The translations under genes and the position numbers were made by a program. From a virus (lineage: Duplodnaviria > Heunggongvirae > Uroviricota > Caudoviricetes), in the IMG/VR virus record IMGVR_UViG_3300017766_003306, positions 69,587 to 99,915 of that record: a stretch of 30,329 bases of DNA. One strand, written 5' to 3'. The notes under the pieces are model-generated. The model ran no database searches and was not told the DNA's origin. It worked only from the letters and a program-made list of their open reading frames with translations. Shown here piece after piece: positions 25,769-30,329 of this stretch. How positions within the stretch are numbered: position 1 is the stretch's first letter; each line of letters begins with the position of its first letter.

Positions 25769-26521
25769 TTATTTAAGCCACTCTTCCCCAAGAACTATAA
25801 GGGCTTGCAAGTATTTTACTAAATCATGCCCTATGCCAATTACTTTTATTTGATGGTCGGGTTTAAACGTCTTCATATCCCCTTTGCTAGGAGTCCAACT
25901 CACGACAGGATCTTTAGTCCCCCACACATTGACCCAAAGTACCTTATCTAGCGTAGTTGGAGCGTCTTGTTCTAATCTCTTAATCACTTTAGATTTTACA
26001 GGCTCTCTATCCAAGGGAGACCCTAAAGAGATGAGCGTAATTCTCAGATCAGAAGAGTCTTTTTTTATATCGTCGTATAATTCGTGAGAGAGTTTCTTCA
26101 ATGTTTGAAAAGCGAGAACGCTCCCCATAGAATGCCCTACTACTATTATTTTTGGAAAGTTTCCGTCTTCGTCCCTCACAGCTACTTGTTCTAATTTAGC
26201 AGAGAATAATGTGTAAGCTTCATTAAATACTGAGCTATACCCTAAAACATCCCCCGCCCTATCAAGCGTAGCGTCTAACATAGGATTGACTAAAGAAGCT
26301 AAGAATCCTATTTTAGTAGCAATGATTATTTTAGAGAGGGTGTTTAGCCCTTTCATCACTCTGTTTGCGATAGATTTATTGAGTATATAGTCCCAACGAA
26401 ACGGGATAACTTCTCCATATTTTGAGAGTAGTTTAGAAGGTTCAACATACCAGTCATCTTGTTGGTCAGATATTCCATGAACTAAGATGATTTTAGTGTT
26501 GTAGCTCTGCTCAGTAACCAT
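25769..26521 (-). CDS. Alpha/beta hydrolase (lipase/esterase-like)
   Basis: ILVHGI (oxyanion HG), VGHSMGS (GxSxG), ISLGSPL, TKDPV (Asp), IGHDL (His). AGGAG SD. Confidence 0.85.
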   Translation of the reverse strand: MVTEQSYNTKIILVHGISDQQDDWYVEPSKLLSKYGEVIPFRWDYILNKSIANRVMKGLNTLSKIIIATKIGFLASLVNPMLDATLDRAGDVLGYSSVFNEAYTLFSAKLEQVAVRDEDGNFPKIIVVGHSMGSVLAFQTLKKLSHELYDDIKKDSSDLRITLISLGSPLDREPVKSKVIKRLEQDAPTTLDKVLWVNVWGTKDPVVSWTPSKGDMKTFKPDHQIKVIGIGHDLVKYLQALIVLGEEWLK

Positions 26522-26572
26522 GATAGATACTCTCCTGTTTTGGTCAGTTTTTTGGGGGGTTTATCCTAACTT

Positions 26573-27145
26573 TTATCCTAGCAAAGTCGGCGTTCTTTTT
26601 GGCGTTAAGGGTATTTTATCCCAAGAATCATAAACAAGCTTACGAATCTTATCCCCTACTTGATTAGGCTTTGTTTTAGATTTACCTTTTTCGTATGGGA
26701 GATCTGTAATGTCTATTTTACCCGCAGACGAAGACTTAGGGTTTCTTAGACCGAACTCTGCATGAGTATAAATAATCATAGGGTTAAGCATATCTTCTTT
26801 TTTAAACTTCCTGAACTTAAAGTATTCAGCGACTTTCTTACAGATCGCTTCTAAAGATATTTCTGTAAACTCAGAAAGCTTACCGCCTATTTTATATCCC
26901 GTATTTCCGCCACAAACTGCTACACCCAATACCCAACTGTTCCCACCTCCGCAATGCCTTGCATAGTTTTTGCTTGCAGGGATAAGCGTTCTAGCGTTGT
27001 CTTGGGGATGATGTTTACCAGTCACTATTTTACCATCCCACTCAGCTATGTAGTGGTAGTGTTCTTTGTCTGTATCATTAGCTGTGAGTCCACCCGCAGT
27101 CCAGTGTATACAGCATTTTTCGCAGTGTCCTTTTTGATTAGGCAT
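26573..27145 (-). CDS. N-acetylmuramoyl-L-alanine amidase (Amidase_2-type endolysin)
   Basis: IHWTAG, HYHY...DG, YARHCGGGNS.VLGVAVC, THAE, GKIDI; probable Zn ligands His/His/Asp. Confidence 0.85.
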   Translation of the reverse strand: MPNQKGHCEKCCIHWTAGGLTANDTDKEHYHYIAEWDGKIVTGKHHPQDNARTLIPASKNYARHCGGGNSWVLGVAVCGGNTGYKIGGKLSEFTEISLEAICKKVAEYFKFRKFKKEDMLNPMIIYTHAEFGLRNPKSSSAGKIDITDLPYEKGKSKTKPNQVGDKIRKLVYDSWDKIPLTPKRTPTLLG

Positions 27146-27156
27146 TATATTTATCC

Positions 27157-29607
27157 TTATTTTCTCATATAGCTTGGAGTATTAGCAGGAATTAACTTAC
27201 TCGGTTTACCCGATGTCGTTGTTTTTTGGGGGAGTACTGTGTGACCTGTTCCTTTTGTAATCACTGTCTGAGTACCCACCCTAGCTTTTCCGTTCTCATC
27301 GACTACAGTAATTTTGACTTCTGATTTAGAGCCTTGCTCAGCTTTATTTCCGCCAAATACGAAACTACCATCCATTACACTAGCCATAGTGTTACCTGCC
27401 CACGCCCAAAAAGCATTCCACTGATCGCCCAAGTATTTAAAGAAGCCTGATACTCCGTTCCAAACACTCGCCCTAACTTGTGACCCGCTCTTAGTGAAGA
27501 ATAGCCACCATAATGTCCCCAATACAACGAGTATTCCAACAACCCAAGCTAAAGCTATCCCCGCAGTAGTGCCTAAGAAAGCAACTATAGAATTGAATAC
27601 GACGGGTACAGCCCCAACTATCCACGTCCAAGTGCTTTTTAGCAGGGCGGGTAAAGTTACTGAGAAGAATGTAAGGACGGGCTGAACCCATTGGAACGTA
27701 ACAGCCCCCTTTATGCTATTCCCCACGCCCTTCAGAACTCCTGCTCCCGCAGTCTCTCCGAATACAGTTTTAGCAAACCCCACCCCAGTAAGTCTTCCTA
27801 AGAATAATTCAGCAACACTCCACAAAATAGGCGTTATCGCTAATGTAAACAATCCTGCAAGTGTTGCAGTGACTTTAGGATACCTACGGAAGAAGTCCCC
27901 TAAGTGCTTCATCAACCAAGACAAGCCATTTAAGATTACTACAAGTGCAGGCTCTACAGCTTTAATGAACGAGTCAGAGAAGATCTTATAACTTTCAGCT
28001 ACTCGTTGCATTGCAGGTTCAAGAGTTTGTAGGTAGTTTGCTACTGAAGCCTCGTACTTTAGCTGTGCCTGAGTTTTACCCTTGCCGTCTTTTTTAGTCG
28101 CCCCTTCTTTACCTATTTTCAAATACTCAGCCATACCTTCAATGTTATCTACGACTGTTACTAGGTCTTTTGCTCGTACCCCTGCTAAATCAGCAAGTGT
28201 AGAGATGATAGGCTCAGCGTCTTTTCCTTCTTTAGACAACGCTTTAATTCTATACATAAGCGTCATAATTGTTCTACTCGCATCGTCTTTCATGTCTTGT
28301 TTTAAAGACTTTTGACTATACCCTAAAGAAGCTAACGCACCTATTTGCGTCTTTGTTTTACCCCCTGAAGCAGCAGTCTCTACGAGTTTAAGCAAGCCTA
28401 ATGTTCCTGTCATTGCTTGAGGCGAAAATTGTTGAACATAAGACTGCATACCAATATAATCAGACGAACTCATACCTAAAGTTCTACCCGTTCCTGCTCC
28501 TCGTCTCATGCCTGACAGTATTTGTTGCGTATTAACAGTACCCCCCGCCATATCATCATACATACTCAAGATTTTTAGATCTTCGAGAGCTTTTCTTAGA
28601 CCCGCATCTATACCTACAACTTTTCCATTCTTGTCTTTTTCCCCTGCATATACTTTACCCATAGAAGTTAAGTACCCAGAAACTTGACCCGACTCTAAGC
28701 CTAACGCTTTAGCCCCTAACACAGCTTCTTTCGCAGTTTTTTGGATTCGGTTTGCCATAGCTTTACCATCTTTTAAGTCCCCCGTAACGCCCCCTTTAGC
28801 TAAGTCAATATACATTCCATACACGTCTTCTACACTTACGCCAATATCATAAGACGTTTGCTGTACTGATTTAACTAAGTATTCAGTATCTTTAGCGTTT
28901 ATTTGTAAAGCTTTTCTCACTTTTAGAGCGAGTTGTTGTCTCTCAGAGTATCCTTTTACAGCAGAAGTCAGCATAAATCCGCCTAATAAAGCACCAGTCC
29001 ACGAAGGCGTAAATGCAGTATTGTTCTTGGATTTATGCCCAGTCCAATTATCGCCTCTATGTCTACCTCCACCCCCACGACTTGTAGAAGGGACTATGTT
29101 CCCTAATTCATCAACAGTAAGGGGTGAGTATCTAGCGGGTCTGCCTTGTCTTTGCAATCTTCTATTTTCTGCTATCTGCCTACCCGTCAACCCTGAACCA
29201 TATATTACAGGAGAGGCTCCTCCCATAGCAGTAGCGACAGCCTCATTTACGCCCCCCATATTGTTTACAGCAGTTCTAGCTCTCTTTGCAGAAGCAACGA
29301 CTTCATTAAACTTAGCTTTAGATCTATCTACATAATCTCGTGTAGAGTTGTAAGCTTTAGTAAGCCCCTCACTAGCTTGTCGTGCATAATCAGTAAACGA
29401 TCTACCCGTATTCTTGACGACTCTACCCAGTTTAGTAACCTTCTTTTCGCTTGGGTCAGTGTTGCTTGAAATAGCTTTACCTGTGTCTTTAAACGCTTTC
29501 CCAATAATCCGTTTAAATGTCGCCGTATTCTTTTGTATCGTCAAAAGTTTAGCAGAGATCAGATCAATAAGCTCTAATCGCATAGATGCTGATAATTTAT
29601 CACTCAT
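27157..29607 (-). CDS. Tail tape measure protein (816 aa)
   Basis: N-terminal LELIDLISAKL, long A/G/K-rich helical core, hydrophobic and Trp-periodic C-terminal part. Confidence 0.85.
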   Translation of the reverse strand: MSDKLSASMRLELIDLISAKLLTIQKNTATFKRIIGKAFKDTGKAISSNTDPSEKKVTKLGRVVKNTGRSFTDYARQASEGLTKAYNSTRDYVDRSKAKFNEVVASAKRARTAVNNMGGVNEAVATAMGGASPVIYGSGLTGRQIAENRRLQRQGRPARYSPLTVDELGNIVPSTSRGGGGRHRGDNWTGHKSKNNTAFTPSWTGALLGGFMLTSAVKGYSERQQLALKVRKALQINAKDTEYLVKSVQQTSYDIGVSVEDVYGMYIDLAKGGVTGDLKDGKAMANRIQKTAKEAVLGAKALGLESGQVSGYLTSMGKVYAGEKDKNGKVVGIDAGLRKALEDLKILSMYDDMAGGTVNTQQILSGMRRGAGTGRTLGMSSSDYIGMQSYVQQFSPQAMTGTLGLLKLVETAASGGKTKTQIGALASLGYSQKSLKQDMKDDASRTIMTLMYRIKALSKEGKDAEPIISTLADLAGVRAKDLVTVVDNIEGMAEYLKIGKEGATKKDGKGKTQAQLKYEASVANYLQTLEPAMQRVAESYKIFSDSFIKAVEPALVVILNGLSWLMKHLGDFFRRYPKVTATLAGLFTLAITPILWSVAELFLGRLTGVGFAKTVFGETAGAGVLKGVGNSIKGAVTFQWVQPVLTFFSVTLPALLKSTWTWIVGAVPVVFNSIVAFLGTTAGIALAWVVGILVVLGTLWWLFFTKSGSQVRASVWNGVSGFFKYLGDQWNAFWAWAGNTMASVMDGSFVFGGNKAEQGSKSEVKITVVDENGKARVGTQTVITKGTGHTVLPQKTTTSGKPSKLIPANTPSYMRK

Positions 29608-29680
29608 AGATAACGTAAACCTTTTTGTTTATATTTATATCTTAATTATAGGTTATTTTTTTGTTTTGAGATTTTTATAT

Positions 29681-29715
29681 AAGAAAAACCCCTGAGATTT
29701 TAGCAATTTCAGGGG
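29681..29715 (-). terminator. Intrinsic terminator after the probable capsid gene
   Basis: Minus strand CCCCTGAAATT-GCTAA-AATCTCAGGGG followed by TTTTTCTT. Confidence 0.85.
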
Positions 29716-29753
29716 AGTGTTTTGGGGCAGTTAAGCTTTAGCTAGAAGATACA

Positions 29754-30329
29754 CTAGGGGGTGTATTTCAAGCCAGTACCAATAACGACGTTATCTGTGT
29801 AGTGATGATTAACGCCAACGTATGTTTGGAAGTTAATGATCATCTGCCAGTTATCGAAGTCGTAGTGGTTTGTCATTTCCATTCCACCCATGAACATACC
29901 AACAGCAACATATTCAGGGTTCAAGAAGAGACCTTTCGTACGTTGCGTGAATGTCACAGCAGACTGTCCTGTCTCTGTATATGCGTGAGCATAAGTAAGA
30001 GCGTGTTCAGGCATAACTTTAAAGCCTGTAGGGGTAGTCACATACTCATTTTCAGTCGCAGTTTTAGGCGTATATTTAAACGCATAATCAGAAGCAACAG
30101 TGCTTAAGCATAATTGCTTGTATTTAGCAAACTGAATAGGTGTAACGAACAAAATGTTATTCGTTGCATCAGCGAGATGTCGATCAGGCAAGCTGTAAGA
30201 CATCAAGTCGGGGGCATCTTTAGGGAGCCACGCATCAGCAGAAGATACTTGGAAGTTAGTTGCAGTGTTCACACCGTTAGCTAACTTGTAGATACCATTC
30301 TGCAAACCAAAATACTCAGTAAGACGCAA
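29754..30329 (-). CDS. Probable major capsid protein, C-terminal part (5' truncated by the window edge)
   Basis: ILFVTPIQFAKYKQL and LFLNPEYVAVG...FQTYVGVNHHYTDNVVIG fit the end of an HK97-fold capsid protein. Followed by a strong terminator. The track's start codon is an edge artefact. Confidence 0.55.
   Translation of the reverse strand: MRLTEYFGLQNGIYKLANGVNTATNFQVSSADAWLPKDAPDLMSYSLPDRHLADATNNILFVTPIQFAKYKQLCLSTVASDYAFKYTPKTATENEYVTTPTGFKVMPEHALTYAHAYTETGQSAVTFTQRTKGLFLNPEYVAVGMFMGGMEMTNHYDFDNWQMIINFQTYVGVNHHYTDNVVIGTGLKYTP

Noticed and set aside
26522-26580. TAGGATAAA direct repeat and G6/T6 runs between amidase and hydrolase
   Set aside because: Only two short copies in AT-rich DNA, with no stem-loop. 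Not enough to call a regulatory site.
6-30107. Opposite-strand and nested ORFs in the track (e.g. 6-290, 1176-1499, 8606-8953, 9999-10283, 13735-14040, 23583-23906, 29021-29335, 29802-30107)
   Set aside because: They lie inside well-supported genes, lack SD sequences and motifs, and look like shadow frames.
1-30329. Alternative genetic code (stop-codon reassignment)
   Set aside because: Long conserved genes (DnaB, PolA, tape measure) are intact in code 11, and both TAA and TAG end genes at sensible positions.

Overview
This is a 30 kb, AT-rich piece of a tailed dsDNA phage genome, most likely a myovirus with a Mu-type baseplate. All assignments come from reading sequence motifs by eye; no database was searched. 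The + strand carries recombination and replication genes: a 5'-truncated RecA-like gene, Hjc-like and RuvC-like resolvases, a Cas4-like exonuclease, DnaB, and a family A DNA polymerase with a UDG-like N-terminal domain and an intein in motif A. It also carries small early genes behind near-consensus sigma70 promoters and three stray morphogenesis genes. The - strand carries a probable major capsid C-terminus, tape measure, amidase endolysin, an alpha/beta hydrolase, head-tail joining proteins, Mu gp43-gp48-like baseplate genes and a tail fibre. The morphogenesis module is split into several mini-operons on both strands, interleaved with early genes. The most notable signals are: (1) a candidate -1 frameshift at G GGA AAG that would fuse a membrane protein to a lytic transglycosylase; (2) a G/GT-type tail chaperone frameshift located about 13 kb from the tape measure gene and on the opposite strand; (3) a lipase-like hydrolase beside the endolysin; (4) a strong promoter followed directly by a terminator, implying a ~50-nt RNA; (5) an apparently inactive UDG domain and an eroded intein in the polymerase. 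No tRNA, rRNA, CRISPR array or integrase was seen.
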